A DNA stretch of 64,000 nt from Candidatus Binatia bacterium (GTDB taxonomy: Bacteria; Desulfobacterota; Binatia; UBA9968; JAJDTQ01), in NCBI GenBank assembly GCA_963666515.2, contig OY762897.2:320001-384000 (forward strand), given 5' to 3'. A model generated the notes under the pieces. That model did not search any database. It was given only the letters and a program-made list of their open reading frames with translations, and had not been told where the DNA came from. Position numbers and translations under genes: made by a program. Positions 38,030-47,060 of this stretch are shown in pieces; position 1 is the first letter of the stretch, and each line of letters starts with the position of its first letter.

Positions 38030-38065
38030 GTGTCATAAACATAACACATTAATTCACCAAGTCAA
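38030..38065 (-). promoter_or_regulatory. Sigma-70-like promoter with overlapping palindrome; probably leaderless transcript for the XRE gene
   Basis: Minus strand reads TTGACT-16 nt-TATGTT (with TG extension)-8 nt-ATG; inverted repeat gtgtcat-aaac-ataacac at 38030-38047. Confidence 0.6.
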
Positions 38066-38166
38066 GCCCCCCTGACTTCCCGAAGGCATGAAATTCCACT
38101 TGTCCAGGAAAACTGGCCTGCCCAGCGTTCGAGGGTGTCATTCATTGCCACCCTGTGTTAGGCTTT

Positions 38167-38208
38167 GCCGTACCCAAAGGTCAGCCGGCCGTACCCAAAG
38201 GTCAGCCG
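38167..38208 (+). repeat. Exact 21-bp tandem duplication upstream of the antitoxin gene
   Basis: gccgtacccaaaggtcagccg occurs twice in tandem. Confidence 0.9.
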
Positions 38209-38224
38209 GAAACGGAGGTCGGAC

Positions 38225-38509
38225 ATGCCTGCAACTCACGCCCGAAACGTTGCACTCACACCCCAGCTCGCGGAGTTCGTCGACGATCTTGTCGCTGCAG
38301 GAGCCTATAACAACGCTAGCGAGGTGGTCCGGGACGGTCTTCGTGAATTGCAGCGTCGGAAATTCTTGGATCAGTTGACCGAGATTCGAGCTCGGATCAG
38401 TGTCGGCCTTGATCAACTCGACCGGGGAGAAGGTCGGAGCGGCGATCCCGCGGGCGTCATCGGAGGCATTCTCCGGGAGGCGAAACGAACGCGGCACCGC
38501 AATACATGA
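38225..38509 (+). CDS. parD: ParD-like RHH antitoxin
   Basis: RNVALTPQLAEFVDDLVAAGAYNNASEVVRDGLREL; GGAGG RBS. Confidence 0.88.
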   Translation: MPATHARNVALTPQLAEFVDDLVAAGAYNNASEVVRDGLRELQRRKFLDQLTEIRARISVGLDQLDRGEGRSGDPAGVIGGILREAKRTRHRNT

Positions 38510-38844
38510 AGACGGTTGTCTACGCGCCAGTTGCGCTTGCCCGGCTGGCCGACATATTCGATTACACCATTGAGCGGTTCGGTCCTGCACAGGCTGACGC
38601 CTACGCGGCGCGGTTGGCCGGACGGCTTACCGACTTGGCTCTGGGACGAGGCTTGGCGGCACGGCCCTGCGAGCGCCTCATGCGCGATACGCGGGAGGCC
38701 TCTGGACTGACCTACATCCACGAGGGGTCCCACTACCTCATCCTCAGGGAAAGGCCCGAGACGCTCGAAGTCGTTGAAGTCTTCCACGAGCGAATGAATA
38801 TCGAAGCGCATCTGTCACAACTGCTTGACGAGGGCTCGCTGTGA
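38506..38844 (+). CDS. parE: ParE/RelE-family toxin
   Basis: LADIFDYTIERFGPAQADAY, HYLIL, VVEVFHERM; ATGA overlap with parD. Confidence 0.88.
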   Translation: MKTVVYAPVALARLADIFDYTIERFGPAQADAYAARLAGRLTDLALGRGLAARPCERLMRDTREASGLTYIHEGSHYLILRERPETLEVVEVFHERMNIEAHLSQLLDEGSL

Positions 38845-38878
38845 TCCACAAGACACGCGGCGTGAAAGGGCAGTAACC

Positions 38879-38918
38879 TCACGACCCCGTAACCTCGCCC
38901 GTGGCAAATTCCCGCACC
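38879..38918. repeat. 40-bp imperfect direct repeat, copy 2 (right edge of island)
   Basis: tcacgaccccgtaacctcgcccgtggcaaattcccgcacc. Confidence 0.85.
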
Positions 38919-38930
38919 CGGCGGGCGGCC

Positions 38931-39731
38931 TCAGAACGTCTTCACCTGCTCCGGCCGCCAACGGCTCAGGCGGTCTTCCAGCTTCTTGACCGCCATGGTC
39001 ATCACCAGCGAGATGCCCATGAACAGGATGAGGCCGGCGAAGACCACGTCCACGATATAGTTGCCGGCGGCCGCGGCCATGAGGTAGCCGACGCCCTGGT
39101 CGGAGCCGAAGAACTCTCCCACCACCACGCCCAGGATGGCGCGGCCGATGGCGAGCCTCAGGCCGGCGATGATGTAGGGCAGGGAGTTGGGCAGCACCAC
39201 GATCTTCATGAGCTGCCACTCGTTGGCGCCGAAGGAGCGCACCACGTTGATGAGCACGCGGTCCACGTTCCTGACGCCCTCGTAGGTGTTGATCAGGAGC
39301 GGGAACAGCGCGCCGATGAAGACGATGACCACCGTGGACCAGATGCCGAAGCCGAGCCAGAGCACCACCAGCGGCAGGAACACCAGCCGGGGGGTGGCGT
39401 TGAAGGCGGTGACGAAGGGGTCGAACATGGCGTTCATGGTGTTGAAGCGCCCCATGACGAGCCCCACGGGCAGCGCCACGACGATGGAGAGCCCCAGGCC
39501 GATGATGAACTCGCTGCCGCTGACGTAGAAGTGGAACGCCACCTCGCCCGAGGTGATCATCTCGAAGAGCTTGAGGGCGATGTGGTACGGGGTGGTGAAG
39601 AAGAGCGCCAGGCCCTTGGGCAGGGTCACCACGTGGGGGATGAACTCCCAGACGAGCAGGAACAGCACGATGAAGCCCCATCCCAGGATGGGCTCCTCGT
39701 TCTCGCGGTACTGGGACAGGTAGCGGTTCAT
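38931..39731 (-). CDS. NitT/TauT ABC transporter permease
   Basis: TPRLVFLPL, RSFGAN, LPYIIAGLRLA, VVGEFF. Start placed at MNRYLS. Confidence 0.92.
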   Translation of the reverse strand: MNRYLSQYRENEEPILGWGFIVLFLLVWEFIPHVVTLPKGLALFFTTPYHIALKLFEMITSGEVAFHFYVSGSEFIIGLGLSIVVALPVGLVMGRFNTMNAMFDPFVTAFNATPRLVFLPLVVLWLGFGIWSTVVIVFIGALFPLLINTYEGVRNVDRVLINVVRSFGANEWQLMKIVVLPNSLPYIIAGLRLAIGRAILGVVVGEFFGSDQGVGYLMAAAAGNYIVDVVFAGLILFMGISLVMTMAVKKLEDRLSRWRPEQVKTF

Positions 39732-40513
39732 CGGGTTTCCTGGGTGCGCCAGGGCGCGATGGCCAGCTCGGCCTTGCGCAGGCCCACCGTGAAGATCACG
39801 GCGATGATCATCAGCACCAGGATGCACACGAACATGTGCGCGAGCTGGTACATGTCGCCGTACCAGATCAGCGCGTGGCCGATGCCCTCGGAGGCCGCGT
39901 AGAACTCGCCGACGATGATGCCGACGATGCCCCGGCCGATGGCGATCCGCGCCCCCGCCACGATGTAGGGGAGGGTGCTCGGCAGGATGACCTTGAAGTA
40001 GAGGTCGCGTTCCTTCCCGCCCAGGGACCGGACCACGTTGATGAGCAGCGTGTCCACCGAGCGGACGCCGGCAAAGGCGTTGAAGATGAACGGGAACACC
40101 GCCAGCAGGAAGATCAGGATGGTCTTGCCCTTGATCCCCACGCCGAACATGACGATGAGCAGCGGCGCCAGCGCCACCAGCGGGCTCGCGTACAGGGCGG
40201 TGAGGAACGGGTCCAGGGCGAACGCCACCCGCCGCCGCCAGCCCATCACCACGCCCACCGGGATGCCGATAAGCACCGCGGCGGCGAACCCGAACACGAA
40301 GGGAGTGCCGCTGACGTAGATGTCCTTCCACAGCTCGCCGCTGAGGATCAGGTCGCCGGTGGCCCCCCACATCAGCGACGGCTTGGTGATGAAGAACGGG
40401 TTGAAGGTGAAGACGAAGGTCAGCAGGAACTCCCACACGAGGAAGAAGCCCAGCACCGCTCCCGCCCCCAGCAGGAACCTCACGCTGCGTTCCGACATCG
40501 TCTTGAACCCCAT
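39728..40513 (-). CDS. NitT/TauT ABC transporter permease
   Basis: PLVALAPL, RSLGG, LPYIVAGARIA, IVGEFY. Confidence 0.92.
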   Translation of the reverse strand: MGFKTMSERSVRFLLGAGAVLGFFLVWEFLLTFVFTFNPFFITKPSLMWGATGDLILSGELWKDIYVSGTPFVFGFAAAVLIGIPVGVVMGWRRRVAFALDPFLTALYASPLVALAPLLIVMFGVGIKGKTILIFLLAVFPFIFNAFAGVRSVDTLLINVVRSLGGKERDLYFKVILPSTLPYIVAGARIAIGRGIVGIIVGEFYAASEGIGHALIWYGDMYQLAHMFVCILVLMIIAVIFTVGLRKAELAIAPWRTQETR

Positions 40514-40514
40514 G

Positions 40515-41291
40515 TCACTCCCGCGCGGTCAGCTCGTCCTTGAGGGTGTTCCAGATGTCGAGCTTGATGTCGTTGAACTCCGGCGACAGGCGCATCTCGT
40601 AGCCCCGCGGCCGCGGCAGGTTGATCTTGATGATCTTCTTGGTCTTTCCGGGCCTCTTGGTCATCACGATGACGCGGTCCGACAGGTAGGCCGCCTCCTC
40701 GATGCTGTGGGTGACGAACAGCACGGTCTTCTTGTGCTTGTCCCAGATCTGCAGCAGCTCCGCCTGCATGAGGTCCCGGGTCTGCGCGTCCAGCGCGGCG
40801 AAGGGCTCGTCCATGAGCAGCACCTCGGGATCCGTGGCCAGCGCCCGGGCCAGCCCCACCCGCTGCTTCATGCCCCCCGACAGCTCGTGCGGAAAGTGCC
40901 CCTCGAAACCCGTGAGCCCCACCAGGTTGATCAGCTCCTGGGCGCGCGGGCGCCGCGAGGAGACCGATTCTCCCTTCAGCTCCGGCCCCAGCTCCACGTT
41001 GCCGAGCACCGTCCGCCAGGGCAGCAGCCCGAACTCCTGGAACACCATGGCGCGCTCGACGCCGGGACCGGTGATCTTCTTGCCGCCGATCTCCATCTCG
41101 CCCGCGTCCGGCTTCAGCAGCCCCAGCAGCACGTTCAGGAAGGTGCTCTTGCCGCACCCCGACGGCCCCACGATGGAGACGAACTCGCCGCTGTTCAGCT
41201 CGATGCGGAAATCCTTGAGGGCCGTGACCGCATCCCTGTTCTTGGGCGTGAACGTCAGCGTGATATCGGTGGATCGGATGTAGGGTTCCAT
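40515..41291 (-). CDS. NitT/TauT ABC transporter ATP-binding protein
   Basis: GPSGCGKST, LSGGMKQR, LMDEPF, FVTHS. Confidence 0.95.
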   Translation of the reverse strand: MEPYIRSTDITLTFTPKNRDAVTALKDFRIELNSGEFVSIVGPSGCGKSTFLNVLLGLLKPDAGEMEIGGKKITGPGVERAMVFQEFGLLPWRTVLGNVELGPELKGESVSSRRPRAQELINLVGLTGFEGHFPHELSGGMKQRVGLARALATDPEVLLMDEPFAALDAQTRDLMQAELLQIWDKHKKTVLFVTHSIEEAAYLSDRVIVMTKRPGKTKKIIKINLPRPRGYEMRLSPEFNDIKLDIWNTLKDELTARE

Positions 41292-41445
41292 CGGCCTCGA
41301 AACTACTACAACGAGGGTGGGGTGACAAGCGGCGCGCCCAACGCGGCGGGTTCATTTCACAGCAGGCCGTAGCCTTGCGCCAGCGGGCGGCGCGGCTGCT
41401 TGACGGGCTCCGCCGGAACGCATACGTTTCCAGGCCGGTAGCGCG

Positions 41446-42231
41446 ATGCGTATCGTCCTGATCAATCTCGAGCGGGCTTCGGAGCGACGGGCGCGCATGG
41501 AAGAGCAGTTCGCCGAGGTCGGCCTGCCTTTCGAGATCCAGAAAGCCGTGGATGGGCGGTTGCTTTCGGCGGATGATCTCGCCTGCGTGGACTGGGAGGG
41601 CCAGCGGCGCCTGGGTATCCCTCCGCAGACCGATGGGGCCATCGCCCTCTGGCTGACGCAACGTACCTTGTTTCAGGACCTTGTGGAGAACGGGCCTGAA
41701 ATGATGGCGGTCTTCGAAGACGACGCTTTGTTGAATCCCGGGCTCCCGGATGTCCTGCGGGCGCTGGAGCGGAAGCCGTTCGGCTTCGACGTCGTGGCAT
41801 TGAACAGGAGACACCCTCGACGGCGCTTCTATCCCTGCGTCTCACTGACGGCCCGGCACACGGTTGGGAGAGTACGCTTTTCGGACAGTGGATCAGAGGG
41901 CTACGTCATCACGCGGTGTGCAGCCCGGCGCTTCCTGGAGACCACGCCGAAGATGGTCTGGCCGGTCGACCACGCGATCTTGCGTTTCTGGGTCAATGCG
42001 CTCGACGTGTTCTACGTCAACCCGCCGGTGGTCGGACATGCCGGATACGAGGGTTCCATGATGGAAGGCAATCCGGTCTCCACCCGCCTGCGGGCCGAGG
42101 CGGGCGATGCCATTGGTTTCTGGCGACAAACCCTGACGACCGTTTCCCGTGGCGTGCAGAAGTACGTCGCCTTCCGCAAGCTTCTGCACGATGATCGGCG
42201 AAACATCTCGTTGCCGCTTATCCAACCCTGA
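41446..42231 (+). CDS. Glycosyltransferase family 25
   Basis: LINLERASERR, AVDG, VFEDD, GYVIT, PVDH. Confidence 0.88.
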   Translation: MRIVLINLERASERRARMEEQFAEVGLPFEIQKAVDGRLLSADDLACVDWEGQRRLGIPPQTDGAIALWLTQRTLFQDLVENGPEMMAVFEDDALLNPGLPDVLRALERKPFGFDVVALNRRHPRRRFYPCVSLTARHTVGRVRFSDSGSEGYVITRCAARRFLETTPKMVWPVDHAILRFWVNALDVFYVNPPVVGHAGYEGSMMEGNPVSTRLRAEAGDAIGFWRQTLTTVSRGVQKYVAFRKLLHDDRRNISLPLIQP

Positions 42232-42328
42232 ATAGCCCTTTGAACCGTAGCGGATCACAGCCTTGTTGACGAACGAAGTCCGCCTGGGCGAGGTCTGAAT
42301 GCCCGAACTACGCTCAAGGAACGGCTGC

Positions 42329-43564
42329 GTGCATGTCGCTTTCATCATTAGCCACCTTGGCGGCGGCGGCGCCGAACAAGTCGTACTCAATCTGGCCGGT
42401 GGGTTGCTTGATCGCGGCCACAAGGTTGATATCGTCTTGTTGAGGGAGCGGGTCAATTATCAGGTTCCTGAGGGCGTTCGGCTGTTCACGATTGAGGGCA
42501 GGCCGGGTAAAAATGCAGTAGAAGGTGCCGCGGGCGTGTCCGGTCGGCGAATCCAGCTTCGTGGCCGGTTCACGCCGTTGGATTGGGCACGCATGGCATG
42601 CGCCGTCGGTTGGAATCCGTTTTGCCTGCCCGAGCCGCGCCACGTTCGACAGGCGCGCGCCTTGGCATTCTACATGGGGCGCTACAAGCCGGATTGTGTG
42701 CTGTCAAATATTCCCGCCGCGGACATTGCGACGCTCTGGGCAACCCGGTTCGTAGCCGAACCACCGCCGATCATACCCGTTCTTCACGGCGTCGTTGGAC
42801 GGGAGAATTGGCGCCATTTGCGCAGGTTCCGGTATCTGCTTGCGAGGGCGGCTCGTTTCGTGGGTGTGTCCCGGGGGGTTTCCGCCAGTCTGTCCGCGAA
42901 CATGGGGGTTCCAGGCGACGGCATCACAACCATTTACAATCCCGCGGTCACTCCCGACCTTCAGGTCCGGATGGCGGAGCGCCCCGACCACCCCTGGCTC
43001 CAGGGACGCGAAACGCCGGTTATTCTGGCGGCGGGACGCTTGGCGCATGAGAAGGATCATTTCACCCTCATCAAGGCCTTTGCCCGTCTCGCTACGCGGC
43101 GCTCGTGCCGCCTGATCATCCTTGGGGAGGGAGGACTCAGGAAGGAGCTTGAAGGACTTGTTGCAGATTTGAAGCTCACCGATCGGGTGTCGTTGCCGGG
43201 GTGGGTGGAGAATCCTTTCGCGTTCATGTCCCGCGCGTCTCTTTTTGTATTGTCCTCGATCTACGAAGGGTTGGGAATGGTTCTGATAGAGGCGCTGGCG
43301 TGCGGCTGTCCGTGCGTGAGCACCGACTGTCCGGCGGGTCCTGCGGAAATACTCGAGGACGGTCGAGTCGGGCCGCTCGTTCCCGTTGGCGACGAGACGG
43401 CGTTGGCGGAGACGATGGGCCGCGTCCTCGATCAACCACCTGACAGGCAGGTGTTGAAGCGGCGAGCCGCGTGCTTTTCTGCGGATCGGGCCATTGCCGC
43501 CTACGAGAACCTGCTGTCAACCGTCGTGTCGGCCGGCCATCGCTCCCGGCGCGACGCCCGGTAA
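42329..43564 (+). CDS. Glycosyltransferase family 4, paralog 1
   Basis: LGGGGAE, GRLAHEKD, EGLGMVLIEALACG. GTG start after AAGGA; alternative ATG at 42299. Confidence 0.9.
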   Translation: MHVAFIISHLGGGGAEQVVLNLAGGLLDRGHKVDIVLLRERVNYQVPEGVRLFTIEGRPGKNAVEGAAGVSGRRIQLRGRFTPLDWARMACAVGWNPFCLPEPRHVRQARALAFYMGRYKPDCVLSNIPAADIATLWATRFVAEPPPIIPVLHGVVGRENWRHLRRFRYLLARAARFVGVSRGVSASLSANMGVPGDGITTIYNPAVTPDLQVRMAERPDHPWLQGRETPVILAAGRLAHEKDHFTLIKAFARLATRRSCRLIILGEGGLRKELEGLVADLKLTDRVSLPGWVENPFAFMSRASLFVLSSIYEGLGMVLIEALACGCPCVSTDCPAGPAEILEDGRVGPLVPVGDETALAETMGRVLDQPPDRQVLKRRAACFSADRAIAAYENLLSTVVSAGHRSRRDAR

Positions 43565-43577
43565 AAAGGACGGCCGG

Positions 43578-44834
43578 GTGCACATCGCTCTCATCGTTTC
43601 CGACCTTGGCGGCGGCGGAGTTGAACGAGTGGTGCTCAATCTCGCCGGCGGTTTGATTGAGCGCGGGCACAGGATTGATATCGTCTTGTTCAGGACGAGA
43701 GTCCACTACACGGTGCCTGAAAAGGCGCGATTGTTCGTCATGGACAACGAGCGCGGCAAACCCGCGAAAACGATCGATCCAGAGGTTCTCACGCGCCGCA
43801 TTCCGCTCATCGCACCTTCCAACCCGTCGGATTGGGCGATCATGGCAGGTGTTCTGAATTGGGACCGGCTGTGTCTGTTCAACGCAAGACTGCTTCGGCA
43901 AGCCCGCGCACTGGCGTCTTACCTGGAGAGTGAGACGCCGGATTGTGTCTTGCCGAGTGCCGCCAGTCCTAAAGAGGTCATTCCGGCGATTCTCCTGGCC
44001 TGCCGCTTGTCAGCCCCGCATCCTCCGGTCATACCGATCATTCACAGTTTCGTGAAGTATCGCCGCTACCGCTACCGGCGAAGGTATCGGCGTCTTTTCG
44101 AGACGGCGGCTCGTCTCGTAGGCGTGTCGCAGGGAGTTGCCGACAGCCTGGCCGCCATCATCGGCGTTTCGGGCGAGAGCATAACGACACTGTGCAATCC
44201 CGTCATCGCGCCGGACCTCCGCGTCCGCATGACGGAGCTTCCGGACCACCCGTGGCTGCTGGACGACGGCGCTCCGGTCATCCTGTCGGCCGGGCGGTTG
44301 ACCCGGTCCAAAGACTTTTCCACTCTTGTCAGGGCCTTTGCCCGTCTCACATCCTCCCGCCCGTGCCGTCTCATCATCCTCGGGGAAGGAAAGGACAGGG
44401 TCCGTCTGGAGCGGCTTGTTCGCAGGCTCGGGCTGTCAGGCCGGGTCTCGCTGCCCGGGTGGGTGGAGAATCCCTGGGCGTTCATGTCTCGCGCGTCCCT
44501 GTTTGCGCTTGCCTCAAGACGTGAAGGTTTCCCGACCGTGCTCGTCGAGGCATTGGCATGCGGCTGTCCCTGCGTCAGCACGGACTGTCCGGCCGGTCCG
44601 GCAGAGATACTTCAGAACGGAAAATTCGGACCGCTTGTGCCCGTTGGCGACGAGGCGGCATTGGCGGAGGCGATGGGCCGGGTCCTCGATCAGCCGCCGA
44701 ATAGACGAATGTTGCAGCAACGTGCCGCCGCTTCTTCGGTCGAACGTGCAGTCGCGGACTACGAGAGGTTGATCGAAAACTATGCGTCAGATCATGGGGA
44801 ACCCTCCATGCCGCATCTTGCAACCATCCCTTGA
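43578..44834 (+). CDS. Glycosyltransferase family 4, paralog 2
   Basis: LGGGGVE, GRLTRSKD, EGFPTVLVEALACG. Confidence 0.9.
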   Translation: MHIALIVSDLGGGGVERVVLNLAGGLIERGHRIDIVLFRTRVHYTVPEKARLFVMDNERGKPAKTIDPEVLTRRIPLIAPSNPSDWAIMAGVLNWDRLCLFNARLLRQARALASYLESETPDCVLPSAASPKEVIPAILLACRLSAPHPPVIPIIHSFVKYRRYRYRRRYRRLFETAARLVGVSQGVADSLAAIIGVSGESITTLCNPVIAPDLRVRMTELPDHPWLLDDGAPVILSAGRLTRSKDFSTLVRAFARLTSSRPCRLIILGEGKDRVRLERLVRRLGLSGRVSLPGWVENPWAFMSRASLFALASRREGFPTVLVEALACGCPCVSTDCPAGPAEILQNGKFGPLVPVGDEAALAEAMGRVLDQPPNRRMLQQRAAASSVERAVADYERLIENYASDHGEPSMPHLATIP

Positions 44835-44842
44835 AGACGGCC

Positions 44843-46120
44843 ATGCACATCACCCTGGTCATTCCGAACCTCAAGGGCGGCGGCGCGGAACGGATGGTTC
44901 TCAATCTGGCTCAAGGTCTGATCGACCGCGGCCACCGTGTGGATATCGTGTTGATCCGGCCTCTGTTTCACTACGTCAACGAAATTTCCGTGAACGCCCG
45001 GCTCTTCGCCGTGGACAACGTCCCGGCCCGGTTCCCGAAAGAAGACGGGGCTCGTCTGCCCGCTCGGCTGGCGCACCTCCCCGCGCCTTCGGAGGCACTC
45101 GACTGGTTGCACGCAGCGCGCGCTTTCGACTGGGACCTGCTTCGTTGCCGGCCCGATCCGAAGCTGCTGCGGCGGGCCCGCGCCATAGCGTCGTACATGG
45201 CGCGCGAGCGTCCCGACTGTGTTCTGCCGAGCCTTCCCCGCGCGAAGGCGGCGACTCTGCTGGCCGGTCGCATGCTCGCCGAACCACCGCCGATCATACC
45301 CATCGTCCACAACAACTACGAACGCCGGCGCGCAAGAGACAGGCACCGGTTGCGGCATCTGGCAGGGAACGCGGCTCACTTCGTCGGCGTATCGCAAGGG
45401 ACCTCGGAACGCTTGTCCGCGGTTGTCGGCGTGCCGCGCGAAAGCGTCACGACCATAGGCAACCCGGTGATTACGCCGGCCCTGAGTGACGGAATGGCGG
45501 AGCGTCCGGCCCATCCCTGGTTCCTCGACGGCGGCGTGCCCGTGGTGCTGGCGGTCGGACGGCTGGAAAAGCCCAAGGATTTCCCGACCCTGATCTGGGC
45601 ATTTGCCCGACTTGCGGCGCGGCGTCCGTGCCGCTTGGTCATTCTCGGCGAGGGGAAGGAGCGGGCGAAGCTCGAACGACTCGTCACGAGGCTCAATCTC
45701 GACGATCGCGTCTCGCTCCCCGGGTGGGTGGACAATCCCTTCGCGTACATGTCCCGCGCGTCCCTGTTCGTTCTTTCGTCGGTTTACGAAGGTCTCTCGA
45801 TGGTCCTTGTGGAGGCGTTGGCGTGCGGCTGTCCCTGCGTCAGCACGGATTGCCCGTCCGGTCCGTCGGAGATACTGCAGGACGGCAAGCTCGGGCCTCT
45901 GGTTGCGGTGGGTGATGAGGCGGGATTGGCCGAGGCCATGGAACGGGTCCTCGATCGGCCGCCCGACAAACGGAAATTGCAGCAACGGGCAGCGGACTTC
46001 TCGGTGAACGCCGCGGCCTCGGCCTACGAGGGACTGATCCGGGACGTTGTGTCCGGCGGTGAGCGCGGGGCGAATCCGCCGGCGCGCAAAAATGCGCATC
46101 GGGCCGGAGGGAGCCGGTAG
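44843..46120 (+). CDS. Glycosyltransferase family 4, paralog 3
   Basis: LKGGGAE, GRLEKPKD, EGLSMVLVEALACG. Confidence 0.9.
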   Translation: MHITLVIPNLKGGGAERMVLNLAQGLIDRGHRVDIVLIRPLFHYVNEISVNARLFAVDNVPARFPKEDGARLPARLAHLPAPSEALDWLHAARAFDWDLLRCRPDPKLLRRARAIASYMARERPDCVLPSLPRAKAATLLAGRMLAEPPPIIPIVHNNYERRRARDRHRLRHLAGNAAHFVGVSQGTSERLSAVVGVPRESVTTIGNPVITPALSDGMAERPAHPWFLDGGVPVVLAVGRLEKPKDFPTLIWAFARLAARRPCRLVILGEGKERAKLERLVTRLNLDDRVSLPGWVDNPFAYMSRASLFVLSSVYEGLSMVLVEALACGCPCVSTDCPSGPSEILQDGKLGPLVAVGDEAGLAEAMERVLDRPPDKRKLQQRAADFSVNAAASAYEGLIRDVVSGGERGANPPARKNAHRAGGSR

Positions 46121-47010
46121 TGTCCGAGTTCGTGGACACGGCATCGGGGCTGTTCTACCGTTTTGCCGCGAGCGGAGCGTTGCCGGCCTCATGGTTCCGG
46201 GATACGGACCCGGCCGGCGTGGCGAGAGTCGGACGCACCGGAAGGCTCTCCCTCGAGATCGTCACCCATTGCTGGCGTTACGGCCACTTCCTGACCTACC
46301 AGCTCAGCTCCCTCGTGAACCATCGCACCGACAAGCTCGACGTCACCATGACCGTGTACCATGCGCCCGAAGACGAAGCGGTCGTACGGGTGCTGCGCTT
46401 CTTCGAGGGCATCGAAGTCCCCGGGGTCTCCTGGTGTTGGCGGCCGCTGCCGAGGGAACGGCTCTTTCGCCGCGGCATCGGCCGCAATCTTGCCGCCCGC
46501 GCCACCCGCGCCGACTGGATCTGGTTCACCGACGCCGACATCGTGTTTTACGGGAGCTGCCTCGGCTCGCTGGCGGAGGCGTTGCAGGGAAGAGAGGACG
46601 CGCTCGTGCATCCCAGAACGATCCTCGGCACGTCGTTGCTGCCGGACGATCACGATATCCTGCGGCAAGGCCGCACTGGCCCTGCGGTCCGCGAGATCCC
46701 CGTCGAGGAGTTCCGTCCTTACGGCGGAGTCCACGACAAGGCCAAGGGACCTTTCCAGATCGTCCACGGCGACGTGGCGCGGGCGGTAGGCTACTGCGAG
46801 ACCATCGGCCTCTACCAGCGGCCGGCGCCGCGCTGGCGCAAGACCTATGAGGACCGAGCCTTCCGCTGGCTCCTGGGCACGGACGGCACCGCCCTGGACG
46901 TTCCGGGGGTCTGCCAGATCCGCCACGCCGTCAAGGGACGATACCGCGAAGACTCGGCCACGGGCAGGTTGCGCTCGTTCATACGGAAGAGCCAGGACCG
47001 GCGCGCGTGA
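46120..47010 (+). CDS. GT-A fold glycosyltransferase (family 2-like)
   Basis: GRNLAA, WIWFTDAD (DxD), YED motif. Confidence 0.78.
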   Translation: MSEFVDTASGLFYRFAASGALPASWFRDTDPAGVARVGRTGRLSLEIVTHCWRYGHFLTYQLSSLVNHRTDKLDVTMTVYHAPEDEAVVRVLRFFEGIEVPGVSWCWRPLPRERLFRRGIGRNLAARATRADWIWFTDADIVFYGSCLGSLAEALQGREDALVHPRTILGTSLLPDDHDILRQGRTGPAVREIPVEEFRPYGGVHDKAKGPFQIVHGDVARAVGYCETIGLYQRPAPRWRKTYEDRAFRWLLGTDGTALDVPGVCQIRHAVKGRYREDSATGRLRSFIRKSQDRRA

Positions 47011-47060
47011 CCTCGACTCCGCGACTCCGGTCGCGCAGTATTCCGATGGCTCGTGCCCGG

